Assembly: GCF_000142905.1 (NCBI RefSeq)
Contig: NW_013657660.1
Coordinates: 148,056-212,055, forward strand
DNA: 64,000 nt
Origin: Thecamonas trahens ATCC 50062
Lineage: Eukaryota; Protista; Apusomonadida
Reading direction: 5' to 3'
The notes beneath the pieces are model-generated. The model saw nothing but the letters and a program-made list of their open reading frames with translations, ran no database searches and was not told the origin of the DNA. This document shows positions 11,516 through 21,049 of this stretch, piece by piece (within the stretch, counting starts at the first letter, position 1; the number at the start of each line of letters is the position of its first letter). The position numbers were made by a program, and so were the translations under genes.

Positions 11516-14116
11516 TCATTCGAGGGCGGCGGCGGCGGCGGCGGCGGCAACCAGCTCTGGATCGAGCTCGGGAACTAGCTTGAGGACCGCGTCCGGACAG
11601 CCTGCGGCGGCCTTGTAGGCGTCAAAGACCGCAAGGAGCTCGGTAAAGTAGCGAGCGTGGATGGTGTCGATGAGTTCGGCCAGCTCGTCGGGGTCCATCT
11701 CTTTCTGCTCGTTGAGCGGGATGTGCGGGACCGGGACCGGGGCGCCAACGGCGATGGTGACCTTGGTCGGGACCGGCATAGATGTGTACATGCGGCCCAT
11801 GGGGAAGTGCGGGAAGCCAAAGCCGAGGTGCTTGACGGTCCACGATTGGAGCTTGGGCAGATGGACGTTGGAGAGGATCTGGTTCTCACCAAAGGAGAAG
11901 ATGGGGACGAGGGCAACGCCGTTCTGGACGGCGAGACGGACAAAGCCCTTGTGGCGGGTGACGCAGTGAACCACATTGGGGTCGTCAGTGTGGAGGAACA
12001 TTTCGGCCTGTCCGCCAGGCACCAGCATGACCGACCGCTCCGAGGCGAGGGCGGCGTTGATGGAGCGGCGCGAGACGTCGCGGACGCCGGACCAGAGCAC
12101 AAGATCGCGCATAAACGGAGTGCGGCAGACAATCGTGGCAGCGAGCGAGTCAAAGGTAACGCCCGGTTGCGCCTCGCGCCACTCGCGGCAGAGGCCAAGC
12201 CAGATGCAGGTGATCGGGTAGATGCCGTGCGGATGGAAGCCAAACAGGTATGTGGCGCTTGGATCGAGCGGCTTGCCAAAGACGGTGGCCGAAAAGTAGC
12301 GCGAGGCCGACGACCAGAGCCAGTCGCGAGTGCACCACCATTCCCAGCGATGGGCGCCGGTGACGTGCGGCGCGTCCTTGTAGGTATGCCAGTAGAGGAT
12401 GAAGAGGACGGTGACGACGAGCAGACCCGGAGTGTGAAGGACGCCGGCGAGCATGCAGAGGAGAGCAAAGGCAAAGTTGGAACCAACCAGGAGGGTGACA
12501 AAGAGCGCAAAGGCAATGATGCCGCGGGCCTGGAGCGCCCAGCAGAGGCAGAGGAGGACCACAAACTCGACGAGCGGGAACTGGAATAGAAAGTTAGCGA
12601 CCAGAAAGGCGCGGACGTCGAGCGCGAGCTCGGTCAGCGATGTGCCGAGGACTGCCGAGTCGGACGACGACGTCGGCTCGTAGCGGAACCAAAAGACTGA
12701 GACAAAGAGGAGGACCTGCGCCACCAGGCCAGCGGTCCCGACCGAGGTGATGAGGCCGGCCACAATGTTGACCTTGGTGGCAAAGAGATAGCCGACGTAG
12801 AGCGAGAGGAGGAGGAAGACGCCGTACATAGACCACCCGAGCGCTTGCAACAGGACATAGACCGAGCCGCCGCGGAAAGGCTGGTAGAACCGGTATAGAT
12901 TGCGGTACTTGCGCGAGCCGACCATGCCGTGGGTGAGCGGCGCGGCGGCAATGAGGAGCACGGCGGCAAGGACGCCAATGGGGAAGGCGTACGCCGGCAC
13001 AGCATCGTCGGCCACAGAGACCGAGTACGCCGCGTCGGCGTGCGGCTGGCGCTCAGACGCAATTTCCAGAAAGACAAAGCAGCAGGCCGAGACGCAGGCC
13101 ATGAGGAGGGTAAACGTCCCGACCGTGTTCCACCGCGCGCCGGCAAAGATCGACGGCGGAACCACGGCGTCGTCATCGTCAGCATCGACAAGGGCCGGGA
13201 GCGGCATCAGGTCCGCGGGAGCCGATCCGGGCGAAGCAAGTGTGGAAGCACTGCCGCGGGCGGCAGCCAGCGCAGGGGCGAGCGTGTCCGAGCCGGCCGA
13301 CGAGTCGAGGTCCGAGGTCGACGCCAGCGAGAGACGGATTCGGTAGGCGCGGACCGACTGCGAGCGCCGGAGCTTGCGGACCGACGACGCGCGACGGAGA
13401 TGTGGCGACTCGAGCGCATCGTCCGAGTCGGAGGCGAGCGGCTCCGAGTCCGAGTCGACGTCGTCGTTATCCGAGCCGAGCGTGCTGGGGCGGAGGCGAC
13501 GGCCTGAAAAGTAGCCCAGCGACCAGAGGAGGGCGACCTGCGCAAAGAGGCCGACGGCGCCGATGGAAGCGACCAGGCCGTCGACCGGTGGCGGTTCGTT
13601 GCGGACGCCGACAAAGAAGACAAAGACAAAGGCGAGGATGATGGACGAGCCGTAAGCGATCCAGGCCACCATCTGGATGAGGACAAAGGAGAGGCCACCC
13701 TCAAACGGCTGCCACAGGCGGTATGAGTCGGCAGTCGAGGCGTACCAGCCCGCAAGCGCATGGGTCAGTGGCGGCGCGACCAGAACCGCCAGCAGGAGCA
13801 CGTAGACTAGCGTCTGCGTCGCCGTGCTGGTGTTCTCCGGGTTGTTCTCCGCGCACAGATCAATGGCCAGAAAGACCACAAACGGCAGCGAGGCGAGGAC
13901 CGTCGGCACCGAGAACAGCGCCCAGTTGCTCTTCCCGCATGCCACATTCCCACCACCTGTACCGCTGCTCTCGGTTGTGCTCCACAGCCCTGCTGGCCCT
14001 GCCGCCTGTCTTGCCTCGGCCTGCCTGGTCGCTGCCGTCAGGTTGGGCGAGCTTGCGGATCGGGAAGCCAGCCCGCTCGCGCCTGGTGCGCCCACCCTGC
14101 GTCTGAGGGTGGACAT
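11516..14116 (-). CDS. DGAT2: Diacylglycerol acyltransferase (DGAT2/MGAT family) with a long multi-TM N-terminus
   Basis: FGFHPHG, LVPGGQAE, RHKGFVRLAV, LVPIFSFGE and VGAP motifs; ATG 14116 (MSTLRRR). Confidence 0.88.
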   Translation of the reverse strand: MSTLRRRVGAPGASGLASRSASSPNLTAATRQAEARQAAGPAGLWSTTESSGTGGGNVACGKSNWALFSVPTVLASLPFVVFLAIDLCAENNPENTSTATQTLVYVLLLAVLVAPPLTHALAGWYASTADSYRLWQPFEGGLSFVLIQMVAWIAYGSSIILAFVFVFFVGVRNEPPPVDGLVASIGAVGLFAQVALLWSLGYFSGRRLRPSTLGSDNDDVDSDSEPLASDSDDALESPHLRRASSVRKLRRSQSVRAYRIRLSLASTSDLDSSAGSDTLAPALAAARGSASTLASPGSAPADLMPLPALVDADDDDAVVPPSIFAGARWNTVGTFTLLMACVSACCFVFLEIASERQPHADAAYSVSVADDAVPAYAFPIGVLAAVLLIAAAPLTHGMVGSRKYRNLYRFYQPFRGGSVYVLLQALGWSMYGVFLLLSLYVGYLFATKVNIVAGLITSVGTAGLVAQVLLFVSVFWFRYEPTSSSDSAVLGTSLTELALDVRAFLVANFLFQFPLVEFVVLLCLCWALQARGIIAFALFVTLLVGSNFAFALLCMLAGVLHTPGLLVVTVLFILYWHTYKDAPHVTGAHRWEWWCTRDWLWSSASRYFSATVFGKPLDPSATYLFGFHPHGIYPITCIWLGLCREWREAQPGVTFDSLAATIVCRTPFMRDLVLWSGVRDVSRRSINAALASERSVMLVPGGQAEMFLHTDDPNVVHCVTRHKGFVRLAVQNGVALVPIFSFGENQILSNVHLPKLQSWTVKHLGFGFPHFPMGRMYTSMPVPTKVTIAVGAPVPVPHIPLNEQKEMDPDELAELIDTIHARYFTELLAVFDAYKAAAGCPDAVLKLVPELDPELVAAAAAAAALE

Positions 14117-14188
14117 AGCAGAGAAAGAGAGAGATAGTGTGAGAGATAGTGTGTGTGTGTGTGTGTGGTGGTGGAGAGGTGGTGGTGG

Positions 14189-14288
14189 NNNNNNNNNNNN
14201 NNNNNNNNNNNNNNNNNNNNNNNNNNNNNNNNNNNNNNNNNNNNNNNNNNNNNNNNNNNNNNNNNNNNNNNNNNNNNNNNNNNNNNNN
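14189..14288. other. Assembly gap (100 N) next to a (GT)n tract
   Basis: N run. Confidence 0.99.
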
Positions 14289-14370
14289 ACGGGCACTGTG
14301 GGTGGGCTTGGGCTTGGGTTTGAGTTTGGGGTGGAGGACACTTGTCGCTAGGTAGAAACAGAAGGAAGCA

Positions 14371-14924
14371 ATGAGTGTGGGTACTGACGAGCTGAAGGCC
14401 AAGATCCAGGCTGCTTTCTCGCCTGTGTTCCTGGTACGGGCTTGGGTGACATTGGGTCGTGTTCCGGGTCGCAGTGGAGGGGAGGGGGAGGGGGGGGGAT
14501 GGGGAAGGTGATGGGAGGGGGGGGGGGGGACTCACGGTGGCATGGAGGGGGATGATACTTGGGATTGGGATTGGTTGATGGGTTGGTGATGGGGCGATGT
14601 GGCGGCGGATCGGTGGTGATGTGGCTCTTTGGCCATGGGGGTTGGCGACGAATCCCGGGGACGTGATGATGGCTGTGTGTGGATGGGGTGTGTGGCGGAT
14701 GGGGTGTGTGTGGATGGAGGATACAGGATGTCCAGGATGTGTCTGGAGGCTGCGGTCAGTCTTTTGATGTCATTGTGGTGTCCGAGGCCTTTGAGGGTGT
14801 GGCACTGCTCGATCGTCATCGCATGGTCAACGATGCGGTGGCCGACGAGATCAAGGCCATTCACGCGTTCTCCCTCAAGACCTGGACGCCTGCTCAGTAC
14901 GAAAAGAAGAAGGACAAGCTGTAG
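14371..14924 (+). CDS. BOLA2: BolA-like protein (BolA2/Fra2 type); exons 14371-14433 and 14727-14924
   Basis: Spliced product MSVGTDELKAKIQAAFSPVFL|DVQDVSGGCGQSFDVIVVSEAFEGVALLDRHRMVN..IHAFSLKTWTP; phase-0 GT..AG intron 14434-14726. Confidence 0.9.
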
Positions 14925-15360
14925 TCTCGCTTCCCGTCTCACACATCCACGCGCGGAAAGTGGTTCTGGAACGAATGCCCGGCGGCTCACTGTCGCATCC
15001 ACAGAGTGAGACAGCCGTCATTAGAGCTGCCGATGTCGAGCTCTGCTCGCTTACGCTGGCCACCTGCAATGAACGCCCGTGCTGTACCACTAGCCCTCTC
15101 CTGCCTCTACCATCGCCTCCCGCCCATTCGGCGGCCGGCCTCGGCACGCGCGCGCGGGTGCCAAATCAGCAACGAACACGCCCGCAGCGACAGAGAGCCT
15201 CACCGCCTCGTCCTCCTCCCCCTCCCCCCCCCCCACCCTCTCTCCCCCTCTCTCCGACACAGCTCTCGGTGTGGCGTTGGTGCGGCATTGGGAAAGGCCA
15301 CCACCACCTCCGCTCCCCTCGCCCCCGGCCTCCACACCTTCCGGCCGCCCGTCAGGAGCC

Positions 15361-18132
15361 ATGAGCGTCAACAGGCTCCCGCTGCCAAGCGGAGCGTCAA
15401 CAGCCGAGCTGCAGACAACGGCGTCAGGCGACGGACAGGGACAGCCACAATCACAGCTACAGCTGCAGCCACAGCCGCTCTCACCCAAGGCGGTGGTGGG
15501 CGGGACAGGACGGACATTCGAGTACGACTCGGCGTTGTGGTCCGAGTCGTCAACGTCAACCGCCTTCCTCGACTCGCACGTCTCGTCGTCGAGCTCTGAG
15601 GAGAACGCCGGGCCATCGGTCAAGTACCTCCGCATCCGCAGGACGCTCTCGTCATCGTCGATGGTCTCTGGCTCGCGAACCCAGGGCCAGGGCTCGACGC
15701 TCGACGACTTTGACGATCTGGACGATCTGTTCGAGTCGGACGACGTTGCTGACGACTCGGACGGCGACAACTCGCGGACGCTGCTCTCGGCTCCGCTGCA
15801 CACCTCATCTGACGACGATCGCATCCACCTGGTCCCGTCTGCGGTCTCAGGCTCGGACTCGGGCTCAGACGACTCGAGCTCAGACTCGGGTTCGGGCTCC
15901 GAGTCGAGCTCGGGCGCCCGGGCATACCAGACCGAGGATCCGGACGAGGCCGAGCCCGAGGCCGAGCCCGCTGCCCCGCAGTCTGTCGCTGATGACGGAC
16001 CGGGCGGCGAGGACATTGCGGGAGCCGCGAGTGTTGTGACCGACACCGCGGCTGCGCCGGAACAAATCAGCCACGGTCGCGTGTCGCACAAGTCGCTCGA
16101 CGGCATGGACCTCGAGGCTAAGATTGCGTACATCAACTCGCTCAACATGGCCATTAAGATCCGACCAGAGAAAGTGGCAGAGGCTGCTGCCGCCGCTGCC
16201 GCCGCTGCCGCCGCTGCTGCCGCCGCCGATGCCGCCGACGCTGCCGCCGCCAGCTCGCGTGCCAGCTCCACGATCAAGGCCAAGACCAAGACGAAGGCCA
16301 AGGCCAAGGCCAAGGCCAAGGCCAAGGACAAGGACAAGAGCAAGTCAAAGAGAAAATCCAAGGGCAAGAGCAAGGGCAAGACCGCGGCGACGACGCCTGC
16401 AGCCGATGACGTCGTGGCGGATGGAGGTGGCGGCGGCGATAGCATCGTGACCCACGCCACCGCGACCAATGTGCGGCCGAGTGTGCGTGCGCCCAAGGCC
16501 AGGACACTGGTGGTGTCGCTGCTCGATGCCAGCAGCGAGGCGCCAGCGGAGAGTGAGAGTCCGAGGCTCGAGTCGGAGGCGCTGGAGCACCCGCGGGTGA
16601 GCGGGTGGCTGGAGAAGCGGCGGTCGCGGACAGCCGAGTCAAGCAGCAAGAAGACTAAGCATCTCAAGCTGCTCTCGCTTGTGCGCTCGACGTGGCTCTC
16701 GGTGTACGCGGTGCTCGAGGCTGGAGTACTCTCGCTCTACACGGCCGAGAACTGCGGTAAGGTACTCGAGGTCGTTCCGCTTGTAGGAGTGCAGATGGTG
16801 AGTCTCGGCGACGGATCACGGCGCGGGAGCAAGGACGCGCAGGTCCTGGTCGGACCGGGCGGCGTGACAACCGGCACGTTCCAGCTCATGTTTGGCCCGC
16901 ACATTCGCGAGTCGCGGCAGTTCCGCTACACCGACCCAACGCTCTTCCAGTGGGTTCGCTGGTACATCCAGCAGAGCGAAGCGCGGTTCCTCGATGCCAT
17001 CCGGTCGTCGGGCATCCGGGTCGTCCGCATGGGCTGGATCCGGTGCATGCACACCCAGCGGCGCGAGGCGGTCCCAGCCAGTGGTGCCACCGGGAGTGGT
17101 AGTGCGGGCGGAGGTGGAAGCACGAGCGGGAGTAGCGGAACTGGTGGCCTGGGGGCCGGTGCAGGCTCGGGCGCGGGTGGGAGCGGCGGGCGGCGGCGGT
17201 CGCCGCTTGTGCCGCCGAGATCGGGACGGGCATCGGGCGAGACGTCGGGAAGCGACGAGGCTTCGGCGGCCGGTCGGTCGCGATCTGGTCTCGCCGCCGA
17301 GGGCCTCGAGGAAGGACCAGGCGTGGTGCCGACTCGCGGCGCGACGCCGCAGGGCCGATGGGTGTACTGGTACGTCCAGCTCGCTGACCACAAGCTCCGG
17401 CTGTTCCGGTCGCAGCCGCAGAGGGTGGCCGTGCTGGCGTCAGACACGCTCCCGCGCGGGGCTGTCGAGTATCGACTGTTTGGTGGAGCGGTGCGGCCAC
17501 TGCGGCCGGCTGAGTCAGGCGGCAAGAAGTTCGCCTTTGGCATGTTTGCCTCCAACGGAGTGATTGTGCCGATGCGCGCGACGTCAGCGTCCGGGCTGGC
17601 CGGATGGTGCGACTCACTTCAGTCGCAGATTACCAACGCGCTCGTCCACAAGCTTGACGCCGTCCACGGCTCGCTTACCTTTCCGTGCACTGAGTTCTAT
17701 GCCAAGGGCGACGCGCGGCTCAAGGCGCCGCTCTCGGGCCTCAAGCGGTCGGAAAAGGCCAAGGCTGTGGCCTCGCTCATCCGCATCCGCCACGAGCTAG
17801 AGCGCAAGTTCTACTACGCGCTCCCGCCGCCAGCCTCCAAGCGCATGCTCTTCCTCTCCCTCTCGGGCCTCTTCCTCTTCGAGTCGGAGAAGCGCGAGCG
17901 CCAGCTCTTCGCCCACTCGTACGAGCAGCTCCGCGTTGTCCGCGTCATCAACCGCAGGACCATCGAGTTTGACTTTGGCAAGTTTGGCTCGACCTCTGTC
18001 ATCCTCCGCCTCGAACAGTCGATGCACTCGCTCAAGTTTATTCTCGCCGACATTGTCAAGCTCAAGAAGCGCAAGATGGAAGCCGAGCTCGAGCAGCGCC
18101 GCGCTGCCGAGGCTGCGGCGAGCGCGAGCTGA
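15361..18132 (+). CDS. Multi-PH-domain protein with an acidic, low-complexity N-terminus
   Basis: PH-like motifs SGWLEK..WLSVYAVLEAGVLSLY and MGWIR..WVYWYVQLADHKLRLF..LAGWCDSL; a possible third PH-like fold at the C-terminus. Confidence 0.65.
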   Translation: MSVNRLPLPSGASTAELQTTASGDGQGQPQSQLQLQPQPLSPKAVVGGTGRTFEYDSALWSESSTSTAFLDSHVSSSSSEENAGPSVKYLRIRRTLSSSSMVSGSRTQGQGSTLDDFDDLDDLFESDDVADDSDGDNSRTLLSAPLHTSSDDDRIHLVPSAVSGSDSGSDDSSSDSGSGSESSSGARAYQTEDPDEAEPEAEPAAPQSVADDGPGGEDIAGAASVVTDTAAAPEQISHGRVSHKSLDGMDLEAKIAYINSLNMAIKIRPEKVAEAAAAAAAAAAAAAAADAADAAAASSRASSTIKAKTKTKAKAKAKAKAKDKDKSKSKRKSKGKSKGKTAATTPAADDVVADGGGGGDSIVTHATATNVRPSVRAPKARTLVVSLLDASSEAPAESESPRLESEALEHPRVSGWLEKRRSRTAESSSKKTKHLKLLSLVRSTWLSVYAVLEAGVLSLYTAENCGKVLEVVPLVGVQMVSLGDGSRRGSKDAQVLVGPGGVTTGTFQLMFGPHIRESRQFRYTDPTLFQWVRWYIQQSEARFLDAIRSSGIRVVRMGWIRCMHTQRREAVPASGATGSGSAGGGGSTSGSSGTGGLGAGAGSGAGGSGGRRRSPLVPPRSGRASGETSGSDEASAAGRSRSGLAAEGLEEGPGVVPTRGATPQGRWVYWYVQLADHKLRLFRSQPQRVAVLASDTLPRGAVEYRLFGGAVRPLRPAESGGKKFAFGMFASNGVIVPMRATSASGLAGWCDSLQSQITNALVHKLDAVHGSLTFPCTEFYAKGDARLKAPLSGLKRSEKAKAVASLIRIRHELERKFYYALPPPASKRMLFLSLSGLFLFESEKRERQLFAHSYEQLRVVRVINRRTIEFDFGKFGSTSVILRLEQSMHSLKFILADIVKLKKRKMEAELEQRRAAEAAASAS

Positions 18133-18395
18133 GCCCATTGCCTTTTTGGCCCCGAGTCGAGCCTGGAGCGCGTAAACCGGCACTCTTGTTCTCATGTTAA
18201 TGTCTATCTTTGTGTGGTTGTGTGTCTATGTGTACCAAGCTTGGGTTCGAAATCCAAGGCGATGCGGCGGCAGAGAGAACACAAGAGCGAACAGGGAGGG
18301 GTGGTGGGCGGGGGCGGGGGGGCCGAGTGGAGGCTCACGCCATCATCAGGCCGCACTTGCCTAGCACACCCAGTGAATGTTGCGGCGGCGGTAGC

Positions 18396-19268
18396 TTATC
18401 CGGCCTTGTCATTCTTGCACTGCTTCTTGGTCGGCGGCTGCTGCGAGTCGACGGCCAGCTTGGGATCGGAAGAGGCGGCAGCGGCGCAGGTGTGGCAGGC
18501 CTCGAGCGCGACGTCGCCGCCAGTAGAGACGGTGAGGCAGACGGCAGGCGGCCCGGAGGGCGCGGCGGCTTCGGGAAGGCCCAAGACGGCGGCGTCGCGC
18601 TTGCGCTTGCGAGAGGCGGCCATGAGGCGCGGCTTGATGTCGACGAGCAGGTCGGCGAGTTCCGACTGCGAGTGCAGGACCGAGTTGAGGTAAGCATTTT
18701 CTTCTTTGAGGGCGGCCTCTGAGGCGACGACGGTGTCGTACTTGTCCTGCAGCGTCTGTAGCTTCAACTTGAGCTCGTCGATCTGCTCGCTGAGCGCGGC
18801 CTGCTGGGCCTTCTTCTTCTTGCGCGAGTTCTTCGCCGAGACGCGGTTCCGCTCGCGACGGGTCAGCGTCTTCTTGACCTCCTTGACGGTGATGGCGTTG
18901 ACGCCGACAACGTCCTCGTCGGTCAGGTTGGTACCCGACGAGACGACGACGGGAATGGCTTCTGTGACCGACGATGGCACCAGCGGCATGGTCGGGATGG
19001 TGATGTTCGACGGCGGCGGCGGGACCGAGGCCGAGGCGGCGATCTTGGAATTGGCCTTGGCCTTGGCCTGACGCGACGGGCGCGGGGACGACGAGTTTGC
19101 CGACGCCGAGTTCTTCTTCGACTCGGCAGGGACGTCGGCTTGTGAGTTTGCGGTGGCGGAGTCGCTGTTGTAGGTCGGTGCAGACGGCAGCGGGGTGGTC
19201 AACGCGCCGTAGGCGGTGCCTGCTGTGGGATGGCCTGGCCCGGGGCCGAGAATGGAGTCGACAAACAT
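18396..19268 (-). CDS. bZIP transcription factor, CREBZF/Zhangfei-like; N-terminus probably extends upstream across a frameshift near 19316
   Basis: Basic region RRERNRVSAKNSRKKKK plus leucine zipper; C-terminal VCLTV..VALEACHTC motif. Confidence 0.78.
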   Translation of the reverse strand: MFVDSILGPGPGHPTAGTAYGALTTPLPSAPTYNSDSATANSQADVPAESKKNSASANSSSPRPSRQAKAKANSKIAASASVPPPPSNITIPTMPLVPSSVTEAIPVVVSSGTNLTDEDVVGVNAITVKEVKKTLTRRERNRVSAKNSRKKKKAQQAALSEQIDELKLKLQTLQDKYDTVVASEAALKEENAYLNSVLHSQSELADLLVDIKPRLMAASRKRKRDAAVLGLPEAAAPSGPPAVCLTVSTGGDVALEACHTCAAAASSDPKLAVDSQQPPTKKQCKNDKAG

Positions 19269-20201
19269 GTTGGTGGCCGTGTTGGGTGAGAGGCCGAGCG
19301 GGGGACCGACGGCGAGGGGAGGACGCCCTTGGGGAGAACGTCAATGCCTAGCGCAGGCACCGTCGGGAAGGAGTCCATGTTGGGTGCGTCGAGTGTGTCC
19401 CCGTGCACGCTTTTGCTCGCCACCGCCACCGTCGCCGTTTGCCAATTCGCGAACATGAGCTCGCTACGCAACGCTGCTCCACTTTGAGAGCCGGCAGGTT
19501 GTGCTTTGCCGCCTTGGGCGGCCGATGGCGATGGCTTGGTCATCGGGAGGAAGTAATGGTCGCGCGCGGTCCGTGACCACGATCCAAACATATCCACCGG
19601 CGGAAGGGCAAGGGGGGGGAACGAAGCACTGGTCACGAGCTGAGCCGTAGGGGCCGGGCGAAGAAGCGGACAAAGTGGAATTTTTTTGGGCGGTCGTCTT
19701 CACGAAGGCTGGTCAAACAGCAGGGGGTTTTGACCACACGGGCGACTGGGGGCTCGGTCGCTGACAGGGATTCCGCGAGGGAGTAGCGTGGGCAAGCTGG
19801 CGCGGTAGTAGTAGCGTGGGGGATGTGGAGAGACACCTGGCGTTGTGCACAGCGCAGCCAATTTAGAGTTTCACGATGGTTGGCAGCGAGAGAAGAATTG
19901 TGTAGACAGTGGATAAGGGGCGAGTCAGCGGATAGAGCAGCTGCTTTCGGTAAATTGGCTCCGCACCCCGCACCCGCCCTCCCCAGCTGAGCAGCTTGTT
20001 GAAGATCCTGCGCCCATCGTTGCTTGTACCTGAAAGAGGGAGTATGCTTGAGGCAGTTACTTGCTTTTAGCGAGGTGTTTAAGGAGGAGACAGAGAGTGT
20101 GGAGGGGATGTTTGTGTTTAGATGCGGAGAATTCCATGATGAAGTACGCCGCACCTGGTCACCACGACCGCAAACCTGTCGAAAAGCGTAGAGTGCCACG
20201 G

Positions 20202-20906
20202 CTAGGACTTGAAGACGCACTTGGCGATGTTCGAGCCACAGGCAGCGGGGACGTCAAAGGCGGCCTCCGGGAGCGGCTTGGGAGAGTACGTGTCCAGGTT
20301 GAGGACCATGACGGTGAGAAGGCCGTGGCCGCCGGCGTTGCCGATGCCACAGAGGCGGCCGGTGCCCCACTCGATGGAGATGGTGTCGACGGCGTTGGGC
20401 GTGGCGGCCTTGACCTCGTAGAGGGCGCAGACGCCGTCGCCGACGGTGACGTTGCCGACGTACGAGCCCGCAGCGGCCCAGTTCGGGAGCACCGGGCCCC
20501 AGAACGAGCCGGCCGGCTGGAGGACGCAGCAAAAGTCCGGGTCCTTGGACTCGCCGTAGGTGATGGTCCGCGATCCGTCGCCGTACGCGTACTGAGTGCA
20601 CGACGCGTTGGCAGCAATGGTTGACGGGGTCTGGACCAGTTGGCACACGGGGTTCTCGATGCCGTTGTTGCGGAAGGTGATCGATGCCACAAAGTTGTCG
20701 GTGTACGTGTAGCCAAAGAAGCCGTCGGCGACCGGATCGTTTGTCGGCTTGCCGTCCTTGTACACCGTCTCCTCAAACGATGCAAAGAACGTGGCCGGCA
20801 TGACGGCCGGAGGCGGCGGAGTGGTGGTGTCGCTGGAGGCGGCAGCAAGCAGCGCGAGGCCAAGGGCGAGAACGACCGCGAGCACAGCGGGGTAGGCGGA
20901 AGGCAT
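20202..20906 (-). CDS. Secreted/lysosomal Cys-containing protein, ependymin-related-like
   Basis: Signal peptide (VLAVVLALGLALLAAASS), PATFFASF, YVGNVTV and terminal FDVPAAC, as in the EPDR F.PP..C motif. Confidence 0.5.
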   Translation of the reverse strand: MPSAYPAVLAVVLALGLALLAAASSDTTTPPPPAVMPATFFASFEETVYKDGKPTNDPVADGFFGYTYTDNFVASITFRNNGIENPVCQLVQTPSTIAANASCTQYAYGDGSRTITYGESKDPDFCCVLQPAGSFWGPVLPNWAAAGSYVGNVTVGDGVCALYEVKAATPNAVDTISIEWGTGRLCGIGNAGGHGLLTVMVLNLDTYSPKPLPEAAFDVPAACGSNIAKCVFKS

Positions 20907-21049
20907 GGTCGGCGTGGGGAGAGTGGGGTAGGGGAAGGTCACGTGTGCGGGGCGGGGAATATGCTCGTTGGCACATGCGAGAATGGCAGTGAGGAGGCCT
21001 CGCGATCAAAATTTCATGCATTGTGTGCTGTGCTGTCGGCAAGGTTGGC

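Noticed and set aside
19640-20200. Structured ncRNA or mobile element in the lower-GC interval
   Set aside because: No tRNA, snRNA or terminal-repeat signature was recognisable by eye; a covariance-model search would be needed
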